A stretch of DNA of 64,000 bases from Bdellovibrionota bacterium (GCA_035292885.1 DATDPG010000019.1:59570-123569); one strand, 5' to 3'; counted from the stretch's first letter, positions 1 through 9,888 are shown. Program-made: numbers and translations. Notes: generated from the sequence alone by a model not told the origin.

Positions 1-503
1 TAGGGAAGGGAAGAGGCCATGATCGTCGTGTTGATCTGCAGCGGGATGCCGAACTCGTGCGCCCAGTGTGTCGCCTCGATGGTTCGGTCGAAAGCTCCCG
101 GGACCCCGCGGAACTCGTCATGCAGTTCGGCCCTCGGAAAATCGAGACTGAACGCTACCTGATCCAGGCCAGTTTTTTTAAGGTTTCGGATGAGTTCGCG
201 AGTAAGCGTGGGTGCCGCTGCCGGAATCGTTCCCATGCGCAGATCGCGCTTTTTCCCGTGGGCGATCAGCTCGAACAGGTCGGGACGCTTGACCGGATCG
301 CCGCCGCTCAACACCATGATCCGTGTTCCCATATCCGCCACTTGGTCCAGGAGATTTTTCCCTTCATCCGTGGTCAGTTCGTTTCGGGATCGGAGCGGCT
401 GCGCCATCGCCCGGCAATGTTTGCAGACGAGATCGCACGCCTGCGTGGTTTCCCAAATGGCGAGAAACGGAGCGACCGAAAAATCGAGCGGTGCGGGCAT
501 CAT
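1..503 (-). CDS. radical SAM protein, N-terminal part (runs off window start)
   Basis: Minus-strand translation from ATG at 503-501 reads MMPAPLDFSVAPFLAIWETTQACDLVCKHCRA..., containing the canonical CxxxCxxC radical SAM motif. The plus-strand ORF 57..527 is a shadow of this gene. An ATGA start/stop overlap links it to the upstream gene. Confidence 0.6.
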   Translation of the reverse strand, partial: MMPAPLDFSVAPFLAIWETTQACDLVCKHCRAMAQPLRSRNELTTDEGKNLLDQVADMGTRIMVLSGGDPVKRPDLFELIAHGKKRDLRMGTIPAAAPTLTRELIRNLKKTGLDQVAFSLDFPRAELHDEFRGVPGAFDRTIEATHWAHEFGIPLQINTTIMASSLP

Positions 504-1861
504 AAGCTGAACTTCACCTGCGTGTAGGCAAAGTAGGCCAGATCAAGGCCGATCACATGATCCATATAGGCTCCGGGGAAGAAGAGGCCGCCCAGAGCTT
601 CGAGATGAACATGATCGTTCACTTTCAGCGCCACGAGGAGATCGAGCTCTTCGCCCGCGTGAAGCCCGGTCTCGGTAGGGGGCGAGGCCTGACCGGCCAG
701 GGGCAATTCCGTCGCAATCGAGTAAAGCACGTCGTTCTGATCCACACGCCAAAACGTATGGAGATCCGATGTGAACGTCCATGCGGCGGTTGGTTTCCAA
801 GAGAGGCGAAAGACGCCGGATTGAACGTTTTGTCTTCCGAGAATATCCATGTACCCGAGCCATCGATGTGCGGTCGGGAAAAGTTGATGGAAGCGGGTGA
901 ACGTCGACGTCGACGAGTCGTCTCCGGAGGCGCGATTGTATTCCAAACCGACACGAAGCCCTTCGCGCACGGCGAACGTATAGCCGGTCTCAAGGTCCAA
1001 CATATACGCCCGCATGTCCTCGCCGCGGTGTTCGCCCACCTGGAACGCTCCTTCAAAGCGGCCGTCGACCAGGCCTACAACAAATTTTGTCCGCGCTCCC
1101 AGCGTGGCGAAGTTAAATGTGGTGGGGGAGCCTGCACGATCGTCACGGAGCCAGAGGGTGTAGAAATCCAGAGCCTTCATCGGCTCGGGAAGCCCGATGC
1201 CGGCGTACGCACCCGCGAAGTCCGAGCCGCCACCGATTCCCGAATCCGCAACATCGCTCTCTCCCAGTTTTGAATAAAATGCGTCGATCCAGTGAGCGTT
1301 CCGGTGAAAGCGAACCAGCGCCGCATCGAACGAGCGACCGACGTTCGAAAAGTCGACGTTTCCGATCACCACGGCATCGCCGTAGTTCATCTCTTGCCGG
1401 CCGACTTTAAGGAGGAGCTCGGGATTCATATCCCACTTCACGTAGGCTTGGTGAAGTGAGAGGTCCCGATCCTTTAAGGCGCCACTGGTCGACGTTCCGC
1501 CTGTGATCGTTCCGCCCCCGCCGATGCCGGCTTCCGTCTGTCCCCAAAAGCCTGAGAATTGCGGTTGGATGAATCCCTCAAGGGTGGCCATGGGGCGCAA
1601 CGTTACGTTCATTCGGATTCGCGATCCGATGAAACGTGATCCGTCATCGGTCGTGTTTGAAAAATCGGAATTCTCCCGGCCTTCATATCGAAAACGCGCT
1701 TCCCCGCCGAGTTCCCACTTGGGCGGTGCCGCGGGTTGCGGAGAAGGAGTGGGCGTCGGAGCCGCAACTTCCTCCAGTGGTTTCGTTTCTTGAGCGTGAA
1801 GACGTGCAGCGATGAACAGGAAAGCAACGAACACTGCGCTGTTGTTCATTCGACATCCCAA
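500..1861 (-). CDS. putative outer-membrane beta-barrel protein (porin-like), secreted
   Basis: N-terminal signal peptide (MNNSAVFVAFLFIAARLHA). Gly/Ser/Thr-rich segment and alternating amphipathic beta-strand pattern. C-terminal QVKFSL. Confidence 0.4.
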   Translation of the reverse strand: MGCRMNNSAVFVAFLFIAARLHAQETKPLEEVAAPTPTPSPQPAAPPKWELGGEARFRYEGRENSDFSNTTDDGSRFIGSRIRMNVTLRPMATLEGFIQPQFSGFWGQTEAGIGGGGTITGGTSTSGALKDRDLSLHQAYVKWDMNPELLLKVGRQEMNYGDAVVIGNVDFSNVGRSFDAALVRFHRNAHWIDAFYSKLGESDVADSGIGGGSDFAGAYAGIGLPEPMKALDFYTLWLRDDRAGSPTTFNFATLGARTKFVVGLVDGRFEGAFQVGEHRGEDMRAYMLDLETGYTFAVREGLRVGLEYNRASGDDSSTSTFTRFHQLFPTAHRWLGYMDILGRQNVQSGVFRLSWKPTAAWTFTSDLHTFWRVDQNDVLYSIATELPLAGQASPPTETGLHAGEELDLLVALKVNDHVHLEALGGLFFPGAYMDHVIGLDLAYFAYTQVKFSL

Positions 1862-2259
1862 GACAACGTGAGGAAATCGGCTTCCGTGACAATCCCGACC
1901 AAGCGTTTTTCGTGATTGATGACCGGCAGACAGCCGACTTTGGTGTCGAGCATCAAAGCGGCCACTTCACGCAGATCGGTCTCCGGTGTCGTGGTCAACA
2001 CTTTCTTCCGCATGATCTCTTTCACGATGACATGCGCAAAAATTTCCTCTTGCCGGTTCTTTGGAAGACGGGCCAAACTGGAAACGGCGGCTTTTAGAAG
2101 GTCCCGATGCGTGAGCATTCCGACGACGTGTCTGGACTGATCCACGACCGGAACATGGCGGATCCGCTGCCAGCGCATGAGGTCTTCGGCCAGATCGAGC
2201 TTGTCGTCCGGATGGACGAAGAAAACTTCGGAAGTCATGATGTCTTTGACTTTCTTCAT
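1846..2259 (-). CDS. CBS domain pair protein
   Basis: 137 aa with two CBS-type motifs (...VGMLTHRDLL..., ...LVGIVTEADFL...). Confidence 0.75.
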   Translation of the reverse strand: MKKVKDIMTSEVFFVHPDDKLDLAEDLMRWQRIRHVPVVDQSRHVVGMLTHRDLLKAAVSSLARLPKNRQEEIFAHVIVKEIMRKKVLTTTPETDLREVAALMLDTKVGCLPVINHEKRLVGIVTEADFLTLSWDVE

Positions 2260-2356
2260 ACGAGTTCCCCGGTATCATGATGTCTCGAGGGTCGGTGCGA
2301 AAGTATGACTTGGATCATGTTGAGAAGAGTGAATCGGACCGCGGAGACACAGGCGA

Positions 2357-3553
2357 ATGAAGCCCATACCCATTACTGAGACCCACGGGACACCGGCTTC
2401 AGAGCACGCCATTGATCCGTACCGCGTCTTTTTCCCATTGGGCGTGGTGGCCGGCCTGGTCGGAGTCGGAATCTGGCCCCTTTATGCGGTCGGGTGGATT
2501 TCGACGATTCCATCGTCCATCCACGTGGAGCTTCAGCTGCAGGGCTTCCTATTCGCGTTCGTGCTGGGTTTCTTGATGACCGCGCTTCCGAGATTTTCGC
2601 TCACGTGGCACGCGACGTGGCCGGAGCTCGCCTGGTTTTCCGGCCTGTTCTTGATCGGAAATGTGGCCACCGCGTTTGGATATTTTCCCATCGGCCGAGC
2701 GGCATATCTGATCAATATGATTTCGCTGGCGATCTACGCCATTCGCCGTTTTCGGAAACGGAAATCGGATCCGCCTCCTGAATTTGTATTTGTAGGCGCG
2801 GCTCTTTTGATCGGTTTGTTCGCCGCGACTCTTCGCGTGGCGGGACTGTTCGGCTTCATGGAGTCCGGCGCCGAAGTTTTCGGGCGCAGATTGATGTCCG
2901 AAGGCATGATGTTGATGCTCGTCCTGGGAATCGGAGGCAAGCTCGCTCCGATGTTTTTCGGTTTCGACGCCACCTCTCCGCTCATTTCGAAGATGGGGGA
3001 GGGCGTCCGTTTTACGCGGAAACATCTTGCCTATCTTGGGATCGCGCTGGTTCTTCTTTTTTCTTTTGTCGCGGAATACGCGGTCTCCGAAAAGATCGGC
3101 CTCTGGCTCCGGGCGATCGCGGCGACACTGATTTTCTTGGGAACCATGAAGCTCCATCGCCGGACAAAAACCAAAGGGGTCCTGGTGGGAGTGCTGAAAT
3201 TTTCGTCCTGGGCGGTCTGCTTGTCGCTCTGGGGTTCCGCCATTCATCCGCGATATCGCGTGGAGGTCTTGCACGTCATGTTTATCGGCGGATTTGGAAT
3301 GATGATTTTGGCGATCGCCACGCGCGTGATCCTGTCCCACGGAAATTATCCTCTGGATCTAGAGCGACGATCGAAGTCTTTGTTCTTCGCCGCGTTTCTT
3401 CTGTTCGGCGCGCTGATTTGTCGTGCGATCGCGCCGCTATTTGTGGACGCGTATTTCCCCCTCCTCGGATTGGCCGGAACCTTCTGGCTTTTCGGCCTCC
3501 TCCTTTGGGGCGCACTCTTTTCGACCCGCACGATCGTCGTTCGGAAAAAATAA
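2357..3553 (+). CDS. NnrS-family polytopic membrane protein
   Basis: 398 aa with about 12 predicted TM helices. N-terminal pattern RVFFPLGVV...IWPLY...HVELQLQGFLFAFVLGFLMTALPRF resembles the NnrS signature (H.HE..FGF...GFLLTA). Confidence 0.55.
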   Translation: MKPIPITETHGTPASEHAIDPYRVFFPLGVVAGLVGVGIWPLYAVGWISTIPSSIHVELQLQGFLFAFVLGFLMTALPRFSLTWHATWPELAWFSGLFLIGNVATAFGYFPIGRAAYLINMISLAIYAIRRFRKRKSDPPPEFVFVGAALLIGLFAATLRVAGLFGFMESGAEVFGRRLMSEGMMLMLVLGIGGKLAPMFFGFDATSPLISKMGEGVRFTRKHLAYLGIALVLLFSFVAEYAVSEKIGLWLRAIAATLIFLGTMKLHRRTKTKGVLVGVLKFSSWAVCLSLWGSAIHPRYRVEVLHVMFIGGFGMMILAIATRVILSHGNYPLDLERRSKSLFFAAFLLFGALICRAIAPLFVDAYFPLLGLAGTFWLFGLLLWGALFSTRTIVVRKK

Positions 3554-3556
3554 AAG

Positions 3557-3590
3557 GGAGGAAGAGGTTTCCCTCTCCCTCCCTTCGGAG
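3557..3590. terminator. bidirectional intrinsic terminator hairpin between convergent genes
   Basis: aagggaggaagagg-tttc-cctctccctccctt forms a 14-bp stem with one mismatch between the NnrS and hsp20 stops. Confidence 0.45.
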
Positions 3591-3605
3591 CATCAGTCAG
3601 TCAAG

Positions 3606-4115
3606 TTACTCAGCGGTTTTCAGATGGATGGTCTTCCGCTCAGTTTTGGCCGCGTCAGTCTTGGGGAGAAGAACCGACAAAACTCCTTTCTTAAATACGG
3701 CTTCCGCTTTATCGGCTTTCACCTCACAGGGAAGCGGAATCGAACGATAGAAAGATCCATAGGCTCTTTCAGCCCAGTAATAATCTTTCCGTTTCTCCTC
3801 GACCTCGGATTTCTTCTCGCCTTTGATGGTCAGCGTTTCGTTGGTGAGAGAAATCTCGATGTCCTTCTCGTCCACTCCCGGAAGTTCAGCCAACACCTGG
3901 ATATCCTTTTCGGTATCCTTGACGTCGATCTTCGGCGTGTAAGCCTCCACGCTCTCCGTCATGTAGCGGAATTGAGTTGGCATGAAGTCGCGATATAACT
4001 CGTCGAACATGCGGCTCATCAGGCGCGGCATAGCGAAGAACGGAGACTCTTCACCGAATCTCTTTCGAGGCGCTTGCGACTCTCGAAGAATCGGGATGAC
4101 ATTGGGTAGTGCCAT
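3606..4115 (-). CDS. Hsp20/alpha-crystallin small heat-shock protein
   Basis: 169 aa. Alpha-crystallin domain features (YTPKIDVKDTEKDIQVLAELPGVDEKDIEISL...GVLSVLLPK). Confidence 0.85.
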   Translation of the reverse strand: MALPNVIPILRESQAPRKRFGEESPFFAMPRLMSRMFDELYRDFMPTQFRYMTESVEAYTPKIDVKDTEKDIQVLAELPGVDEKDIEISLTNETLTIKGEKKSEVEEKRKDYYWAERAYGSFYRSIPLPCEVKADKAEAVFKKGVLSVLLPKTDAAKTERKTIHLKTAE

Positions 4116-4392
4116 TCAAGTCTCCTTTCTTTTCTTTGGTTGACGTTTGACAGCCCGTTACAACCCGCAAACTTTTTCTACGTCCGAAAAGAGAAAATTC
4201 ACTGACATGTGTCATGGTTTTTGATAAATATTAACATCAAATATGTGCCGTAATTTCAACGACGGCGGGCCGAATCGCAGGTAGCTGCACGAATCGCCAC
4301 GTCCTCCGTCCCTAGAACCGAAAAACCGTGAGACAAATCAGTTTTGTTTCTGGCGGGATGCGCAGAATGACTTCAATTACAAGGGAGGTCGT
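4116..4392. promoter_or_regulatory. AT-rich divergent promoter region (hsp20 / CBS gene)
   Basis: Local GC drop. Contains the imperfect inverted repeat ttgataaatattaacatcaa. No CIRCE element seen. An RBS (aagggagg) precedes the ATG at 4393. Confidence 0.3.
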
Positions 4393-4863
4393 ATGTCGAC
4401 GTATCGAGCTCGGGATATAATGAAGCGCGACGTCATGACCGTGCCGGAAGATATGACCGTTCGCGAACTCGCCACTTTTCTGATCGAAAACCAAATCAGC
4501 GGCGCCCCCGTGACCAATAAGAGGGGGAGGATCGTCGGCGTCGTATCGATGCGCGATATCGTTGGCGTGGACGTCGACCGGCCCGACTCGGTGTCCGGCT
4601 CGCGCAACCGCCCGGAATTTTACGACATGTCATGGGACAACATGAATTTGATCGACGAGGTTCCGCAGATGCACATTGAGCGGCAGGGCATGCTGGTCGG
4701 AGACGTCATGAATTCCGCGGTTTACAAGGTTCACCCCGACGCTCCGGTTCGAGACATCGCACAGACGATGCTCCAGGCGAAGATTCATCGGGTGATGGTC
4801 ATGAACGGCGGAGACCGTCTAGAGGGTATCGTCACGACGATGGATCTCCTACCTCTGATCTAG
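4393..4863 (+). CDS. CBS domain pair protein
   Basis: 156 aa with two CBS motifs (IVGVVSMRDIV, LEGIVTTMDLL). Confidence 0.75.
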   Translation: MSTYRARDIMKRDVMTVPEDMTVRELATFLIENQISGAPVTNKRGRIVGVVSMRDIVGVDVDRPDSVSGSRNRPEFYDMSWDNMNLIDEVPQMHIERQGMLVGDVMNSAVYKVHPDAPVRDIAQTMLQAKIHRVMVMNGGDRLEGIVTTMDLLPLI

Positions 4864-4953
4864 TTGATCACGCAAAAATAGCCTTGGGCTCCTGCCACCC
4901 AAGGCTATTTTTGTGTCAGCTTAGCCCGACTAGTTCCCCCTTGTATTACCGGA

Positions 4954-5430
4954 CTAGGCCGCTTCTTTTTCGGCGTTGTGGACCTGGAACTTATGCCACC
5001 GGACCGTGAGCACCGGGCACAGGGCGTTTCGCACCACCCTTTCGGCTACGCTGCCCATCACAAAGCGGTCGATTCCCGTTCGTCCGTGCGTTGACATCAC
5101 GATCCAGTCGGCTCCGGAGTCGTCCGCTTCGTCACAAATCATCTGCGGAACCGAACGATTCGTGGATACGACCACCGACGTCACCTTTACGGGCGCCTTT
5201 AACTCCTGAATGTACTTGTCCATTTCTTTCCGCGCCGTATCGTTTGTCTTTTGTTCCAGATTTCGTCCCGGCCAGAGCGAATCCTCGCCGTAGATCACCA
5301 AACCGCTCAAATCCCGGACGTGAACCAGGCGCAATTCGGCGTTAAAGGCTTTACATAACTCCATCGCTTGTTCGGCCGCTTCTTTTGAAGCATCGGAAAA
5401 ATCAATGGGTACCAAAATTTTCTGGATCAT
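4954..5430 (-). CDS. universal stress protein (UspA family)
   Basis: N-terminus KILVPIDFSDAS, ...DWIVMSTHGRTG...GSVAERVVRNALCPVLTV typical of USP. Confidence 0.8.
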   Translation of the reverse strand: MIQKILVPIDFSDASKEAAEQAMELCKAFNAELRLVHVRDLSGLVIYGEDSLWPGRNLEQKTNDTARKEMDKYIQELKAPVKVTSVVVSTNRSVPQMICDEADDSGADWIVMSTHGRTGIDRFVMGSVAERVVRNALCPVLTVRWHKFQVHNAEKEAA

Positions 5431-5875
5431 GGTCATGGGAGGCTCCTTTCTGTAGATTAAGTTTCTTTCCGAGCGCCGCCTGAACGAGGGCTACAAAATC
5501 GACCTCAGTGACGATTCCCACGAGCTTCCCGTTCTCAATTACCGGAAGGCAACCCACCTTCTCCTTAGCGATCAGTTCCGCGGCCATCTCGAGCGGCATA
5601 TCCGGACTTGCGGTTACGACATGGCTTCGCATCAGATCACGAACAGGAATGTGCGCGTTTAGATTCTTTTGATGATCGGGATGGGGATTCGCAAAACAAG
5701 AAATGGCCCCCCGCAATAGGTCCCGGTGAGTGACCAGGCCGACCAACCGACGATTGTCGTCGATGACGGGAATGTGGCGGATTCGATGCCATTTCATAAT
5801 CTCCTCCGCCATGTCGAGCGTTTGATTCTCGAGCAGTGTAAAGAGATTCGTGGTCATGATGTCGGAAACTTGCAT
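5402..5875 (-). CDS. CBS domain pair protein
   Basis: 157 aa with CBS motifs. Its 3' end overlaps the USP gene start. Confidence 0.75.
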   Translation of the reverse strand: MQVSDIMTTNLFTLLENQTLDMAEEIMKWHRIRHIPVIDDNRRLVGLVTHRDLLRGAISCFANPHPDHQKNLNAHIPVRDLMRSHVVTASPDMPLEMAAELIAKEKVGCLPVIENGKLVGIVTEVDFVALVQAALGKKLNLQKGASHDHDPENFGTH

Positions 5876-5983
5876 CGTATACCCAGAGATAGAATCCCGC
5901 TTCGGGCTCGGTATACTATGATCCCCATCATAGACGGATGACTGCAGCGCGTTAGAAAGAGAAATTCCTATAGGAGGTGTGAA

Positions 5984-6427
5984 ATGAGATGCAAAGATCT
6001 CATGAACGGCAACGTTCGTTTCTGCCGAGAATTAGACCCCATTCATCTCTGCGCAAAGCTGATGCGCGATCATAATATCGGTTTTGTCCCGGTTCTGGAT
6101 GTGAACGATCGGGCGGTTGGAGTGGTCACCGATCGGGACATTACGTGCCGCGTTGTGGCCGTACAAAAATCGTTCGCACTTCCGGTGCGCGAGATCATGA
6201 CGCGACATCTGTTATCGTGCGGCGCGGAAGACGAACTCGGGTACGCCGAGGCCAAGATGAGCCAGCAAAGAAAGTCGAGAATCCTCGTCATGAACGAGGA
6301 AGGCAAAGCGGTGGGCGTGATCAGTCTGTCCGATATCGCCCGTGCGGAGCCTCATCGGCGTTCCGGGCGCGTGCTGGAAGAAGTCACGCGCCGAGAGGGC
6401 AGTTCGCGCCCGGTCGTCGTGATCTGA
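5984..6427 (+). CDS. CBS domain pair protein
   Basis: 147 aa with CBS motifs (AVGVVTDRDI, AVGVISLSDIA). Confidence 0.75.
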   Translation: MRCKDLMNGNVRFCRELDPIHLCAKLMRDHNIGFVPVLDVNDRAVGVVTDRDITCRVVAVQKSFALPVREIMTRHLLSCGAEDELGYAEAKMSQQRKSRILVMNEEGKAVGVISLSDIARAEPHRRSGRVLEEVTRREGSSRPVVVI

Positions 6428-6489
6428 CAAGGCTATTGCGGCATCCCTTCGACATGGGCCCAAGCGCCCTTGCCGAGGGGATATCGATA

Positions 6490-8175
6490 TCAAGAAGGAC
6501 CCGAAAACTGGCTGACGAGCGTTTCTAGTTGCTCTGGTTTCATCTCGAGATGCAAGCTGACGCTATGTTTCCGCTGGTCGACGGGCTGGCAGACGACAAC
6601 TTTTCCTTTCAATAGAATCCGCTGAAACGTGTGAGGAAGGTGGATTCGAACGAAAACCGTTTCACCGGTCTCTACGAAACGTTCCGACTCTATGAACATT
6701 CCGCCATGTTTCATGTTCCTTTCGAATTCCACCCGAAGCGCGTCGGCGGTCATAAAAAAAACATCCAGGACAACAAGATCAGGTTCATTTCGTTCCTGTT
6801 GTTCGGACGGGTCGTGGTCTTGAAGGTGGTTTTGGATGTAATGATTCAGAGCGGCAATGCCGGATTGTGGAATCTCCGTGAACCGGAGCGCGGCGAATGT
6901 TTTTTTGTCTTTCGAGACCTCATAAAGAAGCCGGCCGACGCCACGAACCTGGGCGTATCCGGCGCCCAGGTGAACGACGACGGGATATTCCTGCCCACGC
7001 CGGGGGACCAACCCTTCCCACTTTACGAGCATTCCGCCGCAACTTAGCTCGCGAACTTCGAATTGAACCTTTGCCCGCTGGACCGTGTCGATGAGGTCCG
7101 TTTGGATCGCCGCCGTTTCCGTGGAAATGCGCGGATGCTTTCGGCGGTCGGCTTGGGCGAGCAAAGATTCCAGATTGGAAGAAGCGTTGGCGGCAGCCCT
7201 ATCGGCTTTGTCCGAAGTTCGAAACTCATTCAATTTAGCCGTCCATTCTGCATCCAGGACTCGTAAGCGATTTGTAAAACGCTCATGAAAATAACCGGTT
7301 ACTTCCGTAAGTTCCGTCAACGGCTGCTGGGAAAAGTGAACGTGAAATAAATGCCGCTCAAACTCGTCCACGGTTTTGAAACGCATCTCCAGTTCTTTGC
7401 CCAATGCACGATTGAAAAAGATCCGAAGAACGTTTTCATCATTTGAGCTTCGAACCAGATCTTTGCAGGGAAGGCGAGGGATCGAACCCTCCTCGATCGC
7501 GCGCGTTAGGTCAATTTTGCTGGTCCCTTCGAAGGGGCGTTGACCGAAGAAGAGATAGAACGCCAAGACGCCAAGCGAGTAGATGTCCGTTCCGGTGCTG
7601 GGTGCCGCACCTTTGAAAACCTCAGGGGGAAGAAAAGCGAGCTTTCCAAAGTGTCGGTGTGTGGCATCGGCAAAGCTTTCCTGCCCGGCGCTTCCAAAAT
7701 CGACGATGCGGATCGTGCCGTCCTGAGCGATCATCACGTTGTCCGACGATAAATCGCCATGGAACAGAACGGAATTCGAGTTCTCAAAGATGGACGTTCG
7801 GTGAAGATAACGGAGGGCCTGGCAACAATCTCGGATCAAATAAAGGGAAAGCGGCAGGGGCACTTTTTGTCCCGCCTGCTGATAATCGTCGATCAGTTGC
7901 TGAACGCTTCCGCCAAGCAAAAGCTCCATGACCAGGAAGTACGTGTCGTTTATCCGTCCTTGATCGAGAATGGGAAGGATGTTGGGATGGCGCAATTTCG
8001 AACCGATCCGAACTTCACGAATAAAGTCCGCCACGGCCTGAGGTTCATGAACTCGTTCGGCTTTCAGGCATTTAACCGCATACGGCTGTTGATCCTTTAC
8101 TCCAAGGTAAACATTGGAGAGCCCCCCTTCGCCGATCTTGTGGATTAGATGGTATCTGCCGAGACGAGGGGGCAT
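6490..8175 (-). CDS. Ser/Thr-kinase-like domain fused to two C-terminal PilZ-like domains
   Basis: N-terminal kinase fold (GEGGLSNVY, AVKCLK, VDFGSA) with an atypical catalytic loop HGDLSSDN. C-terminal RKHPRISTE...ELSCGGMLV and ERNMKHGGMFIE PilZ-type motifs. Confidence 0.65.
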   Translation of the reverse strand: MPPRLGRYHLIHKIGEGGLSNVYLGVKDQQPYAVKCLKAERVHEPQAVADFIREVRIGSKLRHPNILPILDQGRINDTYFLVMELLLGGSVQQLIDDYQQAGQKVPLPLSLYLIRDCCQALRYLHRTSIFENSNSVLFHGDLSSDNVMIAQDGTIRIVDFGSAGQESFADATHRHFGKLAFLPPEVFKGAAPSTGTDIYSLGVLAFYLFFGQRPFEGTSKIDLTRAIEEGSIPRLPCKDLVRSSNDENVLRIFFNRALGKELEMRFKTVDEFERHLFHVHFSQQPLTELTEVTGYFHERFTNRLRVLDAEWTAKLNEFRTSDKADRAAANASSNLESLLAQADRRKHPRISTETAAIQTDLIDTVQRAKVQFEVRELSCGGMLVKWEGLVPRRGQEYPVVVHLGAGYAQVRGVGRLLYEVSKDKKTFAALRFTEIPQSGIAALNHYIQNHLQDHDPSEQQERNEPDLVVLDVFFMTADALRVEFERNMKHGGMFIESERFVETGETVFVRIHLPHTFQRILLKGKVVVCQPVDQRKHSVSLHLEMKPEQLETLVSQFSGPS

Positions 8176-8220
8176 CTTCGATGCATTATACCCCCGCTTA
8201 AGACGGAGAGGATATCGTAC

Positions 8221-9888
8221 TTAAACGTAGTTCAGATACGTCGGCCGGTACTGTTTGGCCTGAACGAAGCTCGGAATATCGGACGGCTTCGGTTCTCGCG
8301 CAAGCTCCCGCCGATGAGCGATCTCCATAACGGCCCCTGCAATAGCCGCCGAGACTTCCCGGATTTTCGATAGAGGCGGATAAATCGATCCACGCTCCAG
8401 GTCCTCCTTCGATACGTGCTGCGCCAACGTCTTCGCCGAGGCGAAAAACATTTCATCCGTCACGAATCTTGCTCCGCTAAGAACGACGCCCAAGCCGACG
8501 CCGGGGAAAATGTACGCGTTGTTTCCCTGGCCGGGAGCGAAACGCTTGCCTTCGTACGTCACCGGATCGAACGGACTGCCGCTGGCGAAGATCGCCCTCC
8601 CTCGGGTGTGAACGTATGCTTCTTCGGCCGTACATTCCGCCTGGGAGGTCGGATTCGACAGAGCAAATACGACCGGCCGCTCGTTGAGCTTGGCCATTTC
8701 TTCCAATATCTCCTTGGTAAACTGCTTCGGATGACCCGATACGCCCACAAGCGCCGTCGGTCGCAATGAACGAACGGCCTGGAAAAGATCCGCCATCGGC
8801 GCGTGGGAATGTGCGTACGGACGTTTATGTTCCTGAAGATCTTTGCGAGAGCTTTCTACGAGTCCCTTGGAGTCGACGAACCAGCATCGTGATATCGCTT
8901 CCGGTTTGGCTAACCCGCCCTCCATAATCGCGCTGACGATCAAGTCGCCGATCCCGATGGCGGCTTCACCCGCTCCATGCATCAAAATTGTCTGGTCCGT
9001 CAGCTTTTTCTGCGTGATCTTCATGGCCGAATAAATTCCCGCCACGGTTACGGCGGCGGTTCCCTGAATGTCGTCGTTGAAGCAGCAAACCCGCTCCCGG
9101 TATTTGTTCAAAAGCCGGAAAGCGTTGTGATTGGCGAAGTCCTCGAATTGAAGAAGGGCCTTCGGGAAGATATCCTGGACCGCACTGACGAACTCTTCTA
9201 TGAGATCGTCGTATTCCTTCCCTTTCAATCTTGGCGCTTGCGTTCCCAAATAGAGCGGATCTTTCAAGAGTTCCTGATTGTTCGTGCCGACGTCCAGCGT
9301 GATCGGCAGCGATTGCCTGGGGTGGACGCCCGCGCACGCGGTGTAGAGGGCCAGTTTTCCCACCGGAATCCCCATGCCGTTGGCGCCCAGATCACCCAAA
9401 CCGAGGATTCGCTCGCCGTCCGTCACGACGATGACGCGAACATCCTTCTCCGGCCAATTTTTGAGAACTTGGCGGAAGCGGCTGCGTTCATGGCGGGTGA
9501 GGAACATGCCGCGCGACCGCCGGAAGATATGGCCGTACAGCTGGCAAGCCTTTCCCACGACGGGCGTGTAAATAACCGGCATCATCTCTTCGATGTGATC
9601 TTGAATGACGCGGTAGAAAAGGGTCTCGTTCCGGTCTTGGAGACCTCCCATATGAATGAATTTCTCGAGTTCATTCGGTTTTTTTCGGTAGTTTTCCAAG
9701 ACTCGAGCCACCTGTTCGTCTTGCGAACAGATCCGGGGAGGTAGAAGCCCCTCCAGGCCGAGTCTTCGCCGTTCATCGGCGGTGAATGCCGTGCCTTTGT
9801 TCAACCCCGGGTCGTGAAGCAGTTCGTCACCCGTATAGGCGACGCGAAGCGTGTGCTCATCCAGGGATCGATGTTTGCTCGATGACAT
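8221..9888 (-). CDS. NAD(P)-dependent malic enzyme
   Basis: 555 aa. Malic enzyme signatures (FNDDIQGTAAV, GAGEAAIGI, VFALSNPT). Confidence 0.9.
   Translation of the reverse strand: MSSSKHRSLDEHTLRVAYTGDELLHDPGLNKGTAFTADERRRLGLEGLLPPRICSQDEQVARVLENYRKKPNELEKFIHMGGLQDRNETLFYRVIQDHIEEMMPVIYTPVVGKACQLYGHIFRRSRGMFLTRHERSRFRQVLKNWPEKDVRVIVVTDGERILGLGDLGANGMGIPVGKLALYTACAGVHPRQSLPITLDVGTNNQELLKDPLYLGTQAPRLKGKEYDDLIEEFVSAVQDIFPKALLQFEDFANHNAFRLLNKYRERVCCFNDDIQGTAAVTVAGIYSAMKITQKKLTDQTILMHGAGEAAIGIGDLIVSAIMEGGLAKPEAISRCWFVDSKGLVESSRKDLQEHKRPYAHSHAPMADLFQAVRSLRPTALVGVSGHPKQFTKEILEEMAKLNERPVVFALSNPTSQAECTAEEAYVHTRGRAIFASGSPFDPVTYEGKRFAPGQGNNAYIFPGVGLGVVLSGARFVTDEMFFASAKTLAQHVSKEDLERGSIYPPLSKIREVSAAIAGAVMEIAHRRELAREPKPSDIPSFVQAKQYRPTYLNYV

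Noticed and set aside
57-1273. Plus-strand ORFs 57..527, 190..510 and 557..1273
   Set aside because: These are shadow ORFs of the minus-strand radical SAM and beta-barrel genes. The minus-strand frames carry the CxxxCxxC motif and a signal peptide, while the plus-strand ORFs have Arg-rich, low-complexity translations typical of antisense frames in high-GC DNA.
2549-3340. 263-aa minus-strand ORF inside the NnrS gene
   Set aside because: Arg/His-rich shadow frame. The plus-strand product has coherent TM helices and the NnrS motif.
4116-4392. Possible CIRCE/HrcA operator upstream of hsp20
   Set aside because: No TTAGCACTC-N9-GAGTGCTAA match. Only a weak TTGAT-N10-ATCAA inverted repeat, reported as low-confidence regulatory.
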